Shown here piece after piece: positions 42,715 through 55,218 of a DNA stretch of 64,000 nucleotides. The notes under the pieces are model-generated. The model saw nothing but the letters and a program-made list of their open reading frames with translations. It was not told the DNA's origin and did not search any database. The stretch's first letter is position 1. Every line of letters starts with the position of its first letter. Origin of the DNA: Lingula anatina. Taxonomy: Eukaryota; Animalia; Brachiopoda. The stretch is taken from the NCBI GenBank assembly GCA_051362555.1, contig CM120641.1:27100401-27164400 (forward strand). Reading direction: 5' to 3'. The position numbers and the translations under genes are program-made.

Positions 42715-45700
42715 GCACGCTCATCCCGTCGACGAAGGAAGATAATTTGATTGGTGAGGACCATACGCCTGTCAACTTGCCCGACAGCAATGTCGTCAAT
42801 AGTGTCCTTAATGACAGGTATACTTGGCGCTTCGACGAGTGGACCGAGTGCACCCGATCGTGTGGAACTGGTACGTGACCCATTGTATCTCTATAGTATC
42901 TTCTACAAATTTGCATTACCTTTAACGTGTATGTTGACACTGTTATTGAAATCCTACATGTGTTATCACATTTTTTTTATAATTTCTCAAAAATCATAAG
43001 GGATTGCGCTGGATATAAAAATTTATTTTCGTTTGTTAGATTATGATTTTGATGTCTGCTACAGGTGGGGTTTAATTCTGGAAGGCGTTGATTAAACAAA
43101 TCATAGTGGTGTAATTCGCGGGAAAGGAGAATTGAAGTGGACGAATAGGCAATTCGATTGTATTGTGTTCACGTGCATGCGTTTTGCTTTTCATATTCAG
43201 GTACTCAACATATAGTTTACCTGTGTAAAGATAAGTACTACCAAAAGGCTGTGGTTGAATCGCACTGCTCTCATCTAGAAAAACCGGACCCAGATTTGCG
43301 GCCTTGCAACCAGTTTGGGTGTCCGGAGACACGGTAGGTACATGTATTCTCGAAAGGTGTAAAAAAATCAAGACGATTGCCTCAGTTACAGAACTGTACA
43401 TATAAGTTTGCAAGTTTTCAAGTTATACCAGCAGCAGTAGTTGCTCGTCTAGCCAATGACCGCCAGCACTGAGGCAGTGTAATTGTAGGTCGCCTTCCAT
43501 AGGATGCTTTATGCAATCAACATATACATGTAAGTTTTGTGAGGGACAAATACGGTATCTACTCTAAAATCACCCAAATTACCAGTAGCTGATATAGCTG
43601 CTGTCCGATTACCTTTTTTTTTTGAAAGTCAGAAGCAATCAGGGACTACTTACACATGCGAGCCGCACGACACATATAGTTAAATATTTTAAGATTAGTG
43701 CGTGGTAGACTAGAAAAATTCACTTACAATGATTATAATCACGTTTTCATGATTAGAAATACGATTAGGAATACGAGTTATTTGTATAAATATTTACATC
43801 TCACTTCATATGGGGGATTGATTAAACTGGGACTAGGGGCGCATCACTCCCTTGGATCCTTTAACAGTGAATAAATCTGGGGGAATTGTAAGTGCTCGTA
43901 CTGCCTCACCTTAGTTTGGTAACCCTGCAATCTTGACAAACTCATATCACACGTATATTGCATATGTAAGTCCTGAGATATACATCGTAACGTTAAAACA
44001 GTGATATTTTTCGTTATAATTTTTTTTTTTTTCATATTAATGGCATTTCTTTATTTCTTTTGTTTTCTTTAACCATTAGGTGGATCGCGGGAAACTGGAG
44101 CGAGTGTACGAAAACTTGTGGTAGGGGATTGCAATCAAGACCTTTAGCCTGTCTCATCAGTCATGAGGGGGAGGATGTCGCTACCAGTCATGCTATGTGC
44201 ATTGACATAGAACCGCCGGAGACAATTCGGGAATGCAATCGTGAGATTCCGTGTCCGACCCCGACGACGACCACCACCACCTTACCTCCACCCACCCACC
44301 CGCCCATGGTGACCAGCACAGAGTATTTCATCTACAGGTGCAACCTCGTTCCAGCCTCGCCTCGCATTCCTGTCTATAGGCCTATTTTTAATAATGATAA
44401 TAATAATAATAAACTTTATTTAAAGACGGTAAAACATGTTAAGTGCACACACTTATCTTACACATGGGCCATTGCAAATAACTTCCTGTTTCTGCAACTT
44501 TTCTGTTTTTATTACATTTTCGTCAGTTAAAAAACATCATAACGTAAAAAATGAAAGAAAAAATGTTATTATTATTTTATTCGTGTCGATAGATTCTCTA
44601 TGTAACAAATGCCCTACTTATTGTTTTAGATGGGTCAGTAGAGGCTGGAGCCCATGCAGCACCACGTGCGGAGAGGGCATAGAGACAAAGTTTGTCCTCT
44701 GTGTGAAGGTTTCTTCGCAAGAAGAGATAGAGGTTGACAGCGACCTGTGTGAACCAGGCGAAAAGCCGTCCGCGGAGGAGAGGCCATGCTCCATTGCTCC
44801 GTGTGTGGAACCAGTGAAGAATATCTATCTGTAAGTGTTGTGGTGACTGACAGATGTTGGTTAACATGGAAAATCAGCGGGCCTTGTTTTTGTCTTTAAT
44901 GTAAGGGTTCTATTAAGAAGTATGTCTATTACATGTATGTGGAAGTACGTCTGTCAACAGATGGCTGAATTGCAGTGAGTTTTCCAGAACGTAATGTTAT
45001 GGATCAAGTTGTATAAGGGCAGATATGATAATTATTTAATGAGAAAAACATGTCATATGCACAAGTAATGAAGAGATAAGGGGTGTTTTTTTCTTTTTCA
45101 ATTATTGAGAGTACAGGTTCAGCACCAGCTTGTTCACCTTTTTGATTTTATGCACAAGCAACAAGTCGTCATGCATCTGTAATTCATACCAATCTTTGAT
45201 TTGGTAAAAAATGAAATAACAATAAAGGGCACCAAGTAAACAACAAAGTCATAACTCATCATATATACAAATTCATGTACAAAAATATATAGCTTATTGC
45301 AGCTTATATACTACATTGCGTATATTTGATTAAAATGATGTTAATTATACAATGTTTAAACAATGGAGTTTAACACTTAATCATATAACAATTTTGGTTT
45401 AAGTTAAACGCAGCACGATTTTTTTATTTCATATGCAGTTGGAAGGTAGGGGAATGGGAGGCATGTTCTGTCACCTGCGGAGATGGAGGCGTGCAGGATA
45501 GGCAAGTCAACTGCTGGCAGATAGACGGGCGGAGTGGAACTGAGACGCAAACTAACCCCTTTAACTGCGACTCGGATGACGAGCCATCTTCACGCCAAGA
45601 CTGCCACCTATCGCCTTGTCCGATCAACTACACTTATAGGTTTCTTTTCTTGTTTTTTAACTTGAATGAAACGGTCTCTACTTTAAATATGCTTTAATTA

Positions 45701-48700
45701 GGGAGGTCAGGTCACACCGCTCACGCGGTCGAAAACGGGAAAAAAATCTAACCTCGCTGTTTGTTTTCCATCATAACTTCCAAGATTTTGGTCCTATGAT
45801 AAATATGAAAATATATTTTAAAAGTGCATTGAATGGGCTTTCTTACAATATGTGTAACAATGCATTATTTCTCTGTTGTAAGCCCCTAGCCACAAAAATG
45901 CTGTGAGGAATCGCTGGTGATTTCACTTCCTCGTTTGGTTCCCACTATTTACGAATTTTGCTCAACATGCGCGTTTCGCGCCATTTTTCTAAAAGCTCCG
46001 TACGGCGTCCCGGATGTTTTTTCCTCGTATTTGGACACATATTCATGAGGAGAATGAAACAAGCGTTCGAGTGTGGGGTTACAGAAGTTTACTCAACGGA
46101 AAACAGCAACCAAAACTAGCTTGTAAAGTTTTTAATTGTGTTTTAGAGTTAGAATAACGAATTTCTGAAATTTCTGTAACCCCTAGCTACCTAAATTTTT
46201 AAACTAATTCTCGGTTCAAATCAGTTTTTTATTTATCATTTTTTGGTAAGATAGAGCCGTAACAGCCGTTTGAAAATCAGTGACTTTGATCTTACCGCAA
46301 ACAAAATGGCGAACGCACCAAGCTGCTCTGCTTATAAAACAGCAACTTCACTTTCAGTACCGAAAGAAGATCAAGATATTAGAATATCTAATCAGAAAAT
46401 CTTTGAATTGTTCACGAAACCCAAGGATATTGATAAAACGTGTGCAATTCAAGAATATACAGTTTATTTTATTTTTCAAACAAATTACGTACGATGTTCA
46501 GGCCCGTAGCCAGGGGGGGGGGGTTCGAAAGAACTGCCCTTTTTGCTGGGAAAAGGTCCACTCTGGGTACAATTTGATCTATGTACTTGATGATTTTATG
46601 GTAAAAGGTCTACTTTTTCAGAAAAGGAACCCCCCTCTTAAATTGCTGGCTACAGGCCTGATGTTGATGGGCCTAATGATTGAACCTTCGGACTATTGCT
46701 ACGGCCCCATTTCACCTTTGAACTCGTTAGTGATTATAAAAAGGGGAATCTTAATTAAAATCATGGAGATATGAAAAACTCTAGAATGGTAAATGACAGT
46801 CAAACAAAGTGAACAAAAGTAGTATCTATTTATTTTTGCTTAACAAAAATAAAAAAGGAAAATTCCTAAAACTGCCATTACGTTATGGCAGTCTGTCCAA
46901 ATAATCTGGCTGGTTTTTGTATTACCTAGCTGCTATGATGTCGAATATCAATTAAATTTTTTTGGTAAAATGATAACTTTCCAAAATCGGATATTACTTA
47001 TTTTCATCGTGCATTCTGGCAATTTTCACTAGTTAAACCTTAAAATTGTATATGCAGTTGTCATTGTAATATTGGTTGCCATGGCAACAGTGACATGGTA
47101 TTTGTTTACTTTTTAACTTAAATTCATAAATTGAGTACAAATAGTGTTTCCCACTTCATAATCAGTTAAAAATTTGATTATAATGTTTAAAAAATAATTC
47201 AAACTGTTACCATAGCAACAGCTATCATAATGACTATTTCCATAGCAACAGATACATTACAAGCCATTATTTTTGTTTTTAGTGATGGCACATTTTTTAG
47301 AATCATTTTCATCCAAAAGTAGCCTTTGGGCAGTGATGCTGAAGCTTTAAGGTTGAAAAATAAAAAAAATAGTATTGATCGCTATTGATATTTAGCAACG
47401 GTTGCCATGGAAATAATGAATAAATTACAGAAAATGATATCTTGTCAGATTCTTCTTGGCAACTTTCCAGAAAATTTCAAATTGGATATTTTACTCCATT
47501 CAAAAGTTATGCCAATTTTGTTTAATTGATTAGGCAATTAGGTGACACTTTTGGCTTCTACTGTTACATATGCTTGCATATAAGACTTTTTCAAAATTCT
47601 GTGGCCGACTAGCATTCTTGAAAATTTAATAACTTTTGATTGGCTTGCTTGATTTTCAAAAATTAAAATGTTTTGGAAAGCTCATGAATTTCTCTATGAA
47701 ATAAGATCACTTTGGCTGATATTTATGTTACTATCAAAGTTGACCTGACCTCCCTACTTTAATGAATATTCACTCTCAGATAGATTTAAAAGAAAAAAAG
47801 CAGTACTGTTCGAAGTAGTGGGATTTAAGGATTACGTTCTACGTTACCACTTTCCTACTAATTTCACCATTTTGCAAAAATATATAGGCCTACCTACCGG
47901 TACATATGCATTTATTCATATTCATTTGCATATACTCGCCTCATCTGAAACTAAACAATTCTTATCATTTCAATTTTTCTCGTTTTCTTGAAGTTGGGAC
48001 ATCGGCGATTGGCAATCTTGCTCCGCCTCGTGTGGAGACGATGGAATTCAAACAAGAAAAATACTCTGCAAACGAAGAGACATGGAAAGTGGCGAAGAAA
48101 TACATATTGACGATGTGTCACGTTGTTCTGAAACAAGCAAACCAGACCAAGTTCAAGACTGCAATAGAAACCCTTGCCCGGTTAATTATGAATACAGGTG
48201 CGCATTACTGCTACTGTACAGTTGTCCATAAAAGCAGGTGTCTACATATTAAACATATATTTGCTGTTTTTCATAATGAACTGTGATCGAATCATTTTGA
48301 GATGTGATTTGGTGCAATATTCCAACATTATGTTATCTGCTAATTATGAATTATTGAACCGTATTATCATTAACAGTTAACGTTTTGCTAGAGCTTATTT
48401 GCTTAACACATTTAACAATATAGATTAATCAGTGAGCTAGGATTTCAACTTTCAACTCGCTACTGGGACACCATACTCACCTAAGAAATCCATGGAAAGC
48501 TGACTTAGTATCATTAAATCAAAGTCGCCTACATTTTATTAGATAAATACAATAGTCAACACTGTTATTATTCAAGAACCATGATAATCTCCGTATTATA
48601 TTGGGCATTATATTGCATTTAGAAACGGCAATTTCCAACTTATTTACCAACGAACCAGGCCCGTAGCCAGCAAGGGAAGGGGAGTCTTTCTCTAAAAAAA

Positions 48701-51700
48701 ATGGGAACCATGAAGCCTAGATCCAAATTTACACAGAGCAGCCCTTTTTTCTGACAAAAAGGGCGGATCGTTTGAACACCGGAAACCCCACCCCCACCCC
48801 CATCCCTCTCCCTGGCTACGCGCCTGCAAACATAGTGTACACAGCACAGCGTGTACCTGGCTCCCTTAATCTCAGCTTGTGCTTGTGCTTCAGTTGGGCC
48901 ACGGAGTCGTGGTCCAGGTGTTCTCAGTCTTGCGGAGACAGCGGAGTTCAGAATCGCCACATTCATTGTCTACGTTTAAACACTGAAACCGGCCGAGAGT
49001 CGATCACAGACAACATATATTGCAATGGTAACGAGAAGCCAGACGCTACGCGAGCTTGTAATCGTAGGCGCTGCCCCTACGCCTTGTACGTCTAGCTTTT
49101 TTTTGTATTTTCTATAATATTCTACATGTATATACATTTATATGCTGCGATTAACTTTGTTGAATTTGACCAAAGATACGTTTTAATCGAACAGAATTAG
49201 GATTAAATGAATACGAATATCTCATGCAACACTGATAATGATTAAACTGCACTTTAAATGAACTAGAAGAGTGTAATATAAAAACAAAAAATAAGTGAAT
49301 TAATGATTGATCTGTGATCATTTTATTACAACCTTGGTCCACCCTTTAAAATCATTAATCGATTATTAATTATGTCAATTACTGTGGCGTCACATTTGCA
49401 GATGGTCCTACGGAGACTGGTCTCGCTGCTCAGCGTCGTGTGGAGACACGGGCGTTTACGAAAGGCGCGTTTTCTGTGAGAGAGTGGATCCGAGCACTGG
49501 GAAACGAACTGAGGTGGACATTACGGACTGTAACGACCAAACCAAACCAGTGGCCAAACAGCCGTGTAATAGAATCAACTGCCCGAGGTCCACCACGCCA
49601 TTAACCACAACAACAGAAATGCCCATCTCCTATAAGTAAGGTGTTTTGGGGGTTCAAATAACACTACATGTTTACGCTTAGAAGTATAGTTTCTTTAATT
49701 GTGTTTTAATCATGATCATGAAATATTGTCAAATATTATGCAGTTTGTCGGTTTTTTTGGCAAAAGTGTGAATGTAGGTTGGTATGGTAAGGAAAAGACG
49801 CAGAAAGGGATCAAGTACAGGTAGTAGCCCTCGAACAAGTAGGCCTGTTTAATTTATTTATACATATCAGCAACAGATTTAGATTAGTTATAACGAAATT
49901 AATAATAATAATGATAATAATATATCAATTAGATGGAAAACCAAAACCTGGAGTGACTGTTCTGCGACATGTGGCAACAACGGTTTACAAGAGCGTTTCG
50001 TGAACTGTGTTCAGGTTTACGGCGGACAGGAAGTCGTCACCAGGGCGGACTCGTGCGTAGCGGAGGAGAAACCTGAAGATAAACAGCCGTGCAACCGTGT
50101 GGCATGCCCGGCACCATGGAGAACCACCAAGTGGTCCCAGGTATGCCATTTTTTAACCCAGGGGTACCCGATAACGCTTACTGAAGCCCCCTTTACACTG
50201 GACGGCGTCCATTCTGCGTCCGTAGTACGGCTCCGTTTGAGATTTAAAAAATACTCTGTGCTGACAACTGGTCAATCATTTAGCATTCATTCTGCAACCA
50301 AAGCAATGCTTATGCCTCCCACCTACGACACAGCGATGCCAGTTTCGTATTTGTACAAAGGACGCAGAAAGGATACCGTCCATTGTAAAGTTTTTATTTA
50401 TTTATTTATATTTATTTATTTATTTATTTTGTGCACGGACGGATTGCTATTTTGCACTGAATGAAATGTTGGGGAGGGGAGCCATGATATGATTCGGCAA
50501 GGTAGTTAGAGAATTTTCCTGTGCACCCTGGATGGACATATAATGTTACATATTACTGGTAGCGTATTAAAACCTGGTTCCACATCAAAACAGCTCGTAT
50601 TCTGCAAAACATACAGGCAAATTACAGGAAAACCCTGGCAATGAACTCTGGCGACCAGTGTTTCTTAGCCAGGGACCTTGATGCTGTCGAGAAAAATACA
50701 GTTAACGACCTTTTCTGACGTATTTGGTTGTTTTCCAGTAATTTTCCAGGAATTTCCAATTTTCAAGTACATGTAGATACCAGATGTTATTGGTGACAAA
50801 CATATAGCTTTTAACACTACCTATCGTGTTTTTTAAGTGCAATTATTGTCGATACAGTGGCAATAACAATTTTGAAGAAGGTCAATCAAAAAGACATCAA
50901 AATTCTTCATTCTCGAGTTTTTTAGACTATGGTATTCGTTGGCTATTGTGCCACAGAATACCATGTAGTAAAAGTACACTCAATGACATGTTTATAAGAG
51001 CCAAGCTCCCTGGGAAGCTTGTCTAACATTGATAATCTCATCCCACATAAATTCTTTAATTGTGCCCAATAAATTATATTTATGTATACACGTTTGTGTA
51101 AACTTGATGTCTAATTTTCTTTATATACATATAATTACAGTTAACCATTAGTGAAAGCACAGCCCCATATTTCAAATCCAAACTTATTTAATTTCATGCA
51201 CACAGTGTTCGGTAACTTGTGGTACCGGGAAGCAAACACGAGACGTGTTCTGTAACATCCCTACACCAAATTATGGAATACCGTACTCCTGCTTTGGAAA
51301 GAAACCACCTATTTCCAAACAGTGCCAACTGGAGTCGTGTGACGGTGAGTGAAGATTTTGTCAAAATTGTAGTACAAATCACAGATTGTGTTCCAGTAGG
51401 CCCTACGTCTCACAAATGCCGATGTTTGTTACAATGTACCAGCAGAGCATACATGCATGTATGTTTATAAGACAAATATCACAGTTTAAAAATAAATAGA
51501 TTATAAAAGAGTTTTTCTTGACTTGGAGACTTGATAACCGGAGTCATACACAACGTTTTGATACGCCATCTGTGAACGAGCACAGGTGTCAAACATCTGC
51601 GCATGAGCGTAAAGCGCGCTCTCTGAAATAAACAATTTAATTTAATTTTGGTTGATTTGATTTAATTTGTTTTCTGGTGTCGTTTGGAAGAGTATATTGG

Positions 51701-52841
51701 AAATTTTTGTTGAATGTGCCGGTGTAACGAAACTGAGGATCCGTGTAACACGAAATCCGCCCTCCATTTAGTTATAATGGTTAGGGTTAGCCTGACCTAA
51801 GTGGGTCAACATCCAGGGCGAGGCTTACCTGTACAAATAAAGAGGAAGCGGATTTTCTGTCATGTTACACCGGTATGAGTTAAAATCTAAATCCACCAGA
51901 CTTTGTTAAAAATGACCTTTTTTTCTGTATTGTATCGGGATTCCCTTTGTATTTTTAGTGATGAATGTTATCCCACGGGAAATACCCCTTCCCTCACTCT
52001 AAATAAAGAAAATATTCTCTGTGCGGGGGTAGGGGGAGGGGTAGGTGATGAAAAATTTATTTCAAAATGCATTTAAATCGTAAGAAGGTTAAAATAAGGG
52101 TTATGCAAATGAGAAAACCTTACTGTTTGGGTGAAATTAACCGAAATACATGTAACATGTTGAACTTCCACTTCCTCGTTTTAATTGATAGTTGTAATTA
52201 CTCGAAAGCGAGGCATAGCTGTCAACAATATGTAACCTCGTAAAAAATGGAATTTTGTTATGAAGCTCATAGCTTGCGGGGATAAAAAAACTCCTCGTTT
52301 GTTATTGGAATCTACAATAATAATAAATAAAATAACACACTATAAAAATTCTTCTGTTTGGCCCATTATTTAACTTAACTGATATTTTGTAGAAATTACA
52401 GGCTCAAACACGCCATAATCGTCTGCGCGATCTCGTTCACATATCAGCGCACGACATTTGGCTCCTGTGCTACATTCAAGGCCAACCGAGGTTCACAAAT
52501 GGTGGATCAAAACTATAGACTCTCGTGATCTAGTCCCTAAGGCAAGAATGCATACAGTGTTACTTTTATCATAATATGTAGAGATAATGAGAATCCCTTT
52601 TCATATTTGTAGTGGATTAATTTCCCAGCAATAACAGTTTATGAACTGGTAAATTGCGCGATCTTTATACAGTGTTTGCTTTTTTTTAGCTGCTCCAACA
52701 ACACCGAAGCCACCATGTAACGGGGACAAGTCTAAATTCTTCTGCAAGCTGGTAACGGCAAGAGCAAAGGAGCATTGTAGATTGCAGGCATATTATAATA
52801 TGTGCTGTGCATCCTGTGACAAATTTGAAAGAACACACTGA
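42715..52841 (+). CDS. ADAMTS long-isoform C-terminal extension: 9 extra TSR repeats plus a second PLAC; exons 42715-42870, 43201-43333, 44080-44337, 44630-44830, 45439-45639, 47994-48197, 48894-49085, 49402-49635, 49933-50140, 51206-51344, 52690-52841
   Basis: Each exon encodes intact WxxxxWxxCSxxCG...R...C...C TSR sequence with GT-AG sites and matching phases. The first exon is phase 1, compatible with the donor at 40442 (skipping PLAC-1). The last exon encodes PLAC CNGDKSKFFC...CCASC then stop. Confidence 0.85.
45699..47756. mobile_element. ~2.06-kb non-autonomous DNA transposon (hAT-like termini) in an ADAMTS intron
   Basis: Perfect 16-bp TIR tagggaggtcaggtca / tgacctgacctcccta; direct repeat ctttaat on both flanks; no transposase ORF recognised. 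Confidence 0.8.
46499..46660. mobile_element. Short MITE (CAGGCCCGTAGCCAG family) nested in the 2-kb element
   Basis: TIR caggcccgtagccag / ctggctacaggcctg flanked by an atgtt direct repeat; other copies at ~18798-18930 (partial), 48656-48826 and ~53945-54004 (partial). Confidence 0.75.
48656..48826. mobile_element. Short MITE (CAGGCCCGTAGCCAG family)
   Basis: caggcccgtagccag ... ctggctacgcgcctg; flanks cgaac/caaac; internal similarity to the 18798 copy (tagatcaaattta / tagatccaaattta). Confidence 0.72.
50191..50390. mobile_element. Small palindromic MITE remnant
   Basis: ctttacactggacggcgtccattctgcgtcc versus ggacgcagaaaggataccgtccattgtaaag (31-bp imperfect inverted repeat). Confidence 0.6.
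51719..51873. mobile_element. Small MITE with CCGGTGTAAC termini and internal ggttagggttag
   Basis: ccggtgtaac ... gttacaccgg inverted ends; aaatccgc/gcggattt sub-terminal inverted repeat. Confidence 0.55.
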
Positions 52842-55159
52842 ATCATATGCCAGTAGCATAAGGCACTGAGCTTAACTAAGCTAATTTATAACACAGCATT
52901 GCCAGAAGCTTACGGCGTCAGTTATTTTCTATGTGGTCTTTTACTTTCAAGATATAGATGTTTATTTTTTACCATCGAGTTGGTTCATATATATACATGG
53001 TTGAGTAGGAATGATTAGTTGTTTAAAATATGCAAAAGGGAATTGTGTGGAATAAGAATTCCTTTCCGTCTATATGTGCTTTTCACAATAAAGGCATGCT
53101 AAAGGTATTTAATTGGTACGTTCAACAATATACTGGCATTCTGCTGTTAATTAAATGGCACATTATGTCCAAAATAGCTGCCATGGAAACCCAAGCCACT
53201 GTTTTGTAATGGACAGGGTTATACACATGTAAAAAGCATGCCTCTCAATTCCCTCCCTCGCGTTTGTTTTAATGCTGGAATGTTTAATTGGACATTGTTG
53301 CAAACCACAGACACAAAGACGGTATTTTACCAAAGTTTTATTTCTAAAACGAGCACAGATTAACATAAATGAATATTTATACGAAAAGATTTTAAAACTA
53401 TAATACGGATATGAATAAACAGGTCTTACGTCATGGAGATGAACAAAGATTTGCTGATCATATTTACTTTTGAGACCCCATAAAGAATGGTTCTCTAAAT
53501 GTACTGTCCTCTGCATTTGTCACTGATAACAGATTTCGAAAGATCTTTTCGGGTATAAAAAAACACGAAGCGATCTCTAATTACGACCTTATGCAAGATT
53601 TTACTTAGCGTCGGCTTATAATAGAAAATACAACATATGTTCTAGCGATATCAGATAAACTATGTGTACGCAACATGTAAAATCTAATCATCTGGCATTA
53701 TCTACTTAGTGCATCTCAAACACTTGTTAAATATGTTGATGATCTACTTGATGGCATCCGTTTTACATGAGATGACAACGCAATTTCATATTACAACAAA
53801 GACACTATACTATTTGCCACATTTGTGCATTAAAACCAATTTGATAATTGCTTTAAAATAAGTAGTATGATATGAAAACTTACTATTCTTAGCTGTAAAA
53901 GACCGAACGGTTCCTGTTTTACAAAAGACCTATAGCCTGAAAGCATTTGGTCAAAAAGAAAAGGCCCAATTTCCAGAAAAAGAACCCCCTTGGCTACAGG
54001 GCTGAACATATTCGGGAGTATGAATTATTGCGCCTGATCTATAACACGAGCGCATTTTCTGGGTATGCCAAATTTTGGGCTATATATATATTTTTTTGTT
54101 TGTTTGTGTGTGTGTGTGAAATCGACCATTGGGTACATCGACTTAGTCAAAAGAACGCGTCACAAGAGGCCAGGAGAGAAGAAACAAGATCAGCCAATAC
54201 AGGAAGTGACAATATAGCACAATTCAAAACCAATGGATAACGAGCTCTGCCTGCAACTAATCTGTTAGCAACAGACACTATTATACAATTTTTGAGCATT
54301 TATATCCATGCCAGCTAGTAATTACTCAAAAGGTTGCGACTGCTGCATTAAGATACATGCAATCAGTGCGTCAGCACCAGTACATCCAGAATGATCAATC
54401 AATATTTATCTGTTAGAGAGACCCATCCCAACAAATAAACGAGAGCTTGTGTTGCTTAATTTCCTCCATTCCTTACTTTACTCAATTTATGTGATTATTT
54501 ATTAACCAGTAATGTTTATCTGGATTTGTGGAAAGGTTTTCCTGGACTCGTTTCAATCCTATGAAATGTGGCCGATTTTGTGCTGAAAGCAAACACTATC
54601 GTTTAAAAGGTAACAAGTGCATAAATGTATAATATTAAACTATTTGTAATTCTCAATTTATCATACTTCAGGCTTTTTTATTTGCGAAAATGGAATTATG
54701 GTCAAGACTATGGCCGGGAGCTTTTAATGCTGACAGGTGGCAAAGAATAAAATCATTCGGGACTATATATAATACGATAATAATGCTTTTAGGTATAGTG
54801 TTTTGAATGAAGGAATAGATAAGGAAGTCTATAGATTGGGAAATGTATCTAAAATAAGGCATTGGGTAATGTATCAAGAAGGGAAATGTATCTTAATCAC
54901 AATTAAATTTTTGGGGAAGTTTGCACCAAAATTTCGGCCCTCATGCTTTATGTCTTTGTTATACTCATATATAAACTACAGGAGAGTGTAAAAATAAACT
55001 CCAGTTTAGAATGAGTCCCCTGCAAACCTGGTAAGATAAAAATCTGGATTAGACTTGCAAGATTGTTTTACTTGTTATATGTATCTTCACGTAATAGTTC
55101 TAGCCGCAATACTGAATGACCTAGAAAAAACGTTTGGGGTCTATAAAGCGATTATGCCT

Positions 55160-55208
<49 letters not shown>

Positions 55209-55218
55209 CCACCGGGTC

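Noticed and set aside
46270-46774. 164-aa and 79-aa ORFs inside the 2-kb transposon
   Set aside because: No transposase motifs; the frame runs through a nested MITE.
51779-51790. ggttagggttag telomere-like motif
   Set aside because: Only two units, internal to a small MITE; not an interstitial telomere array.
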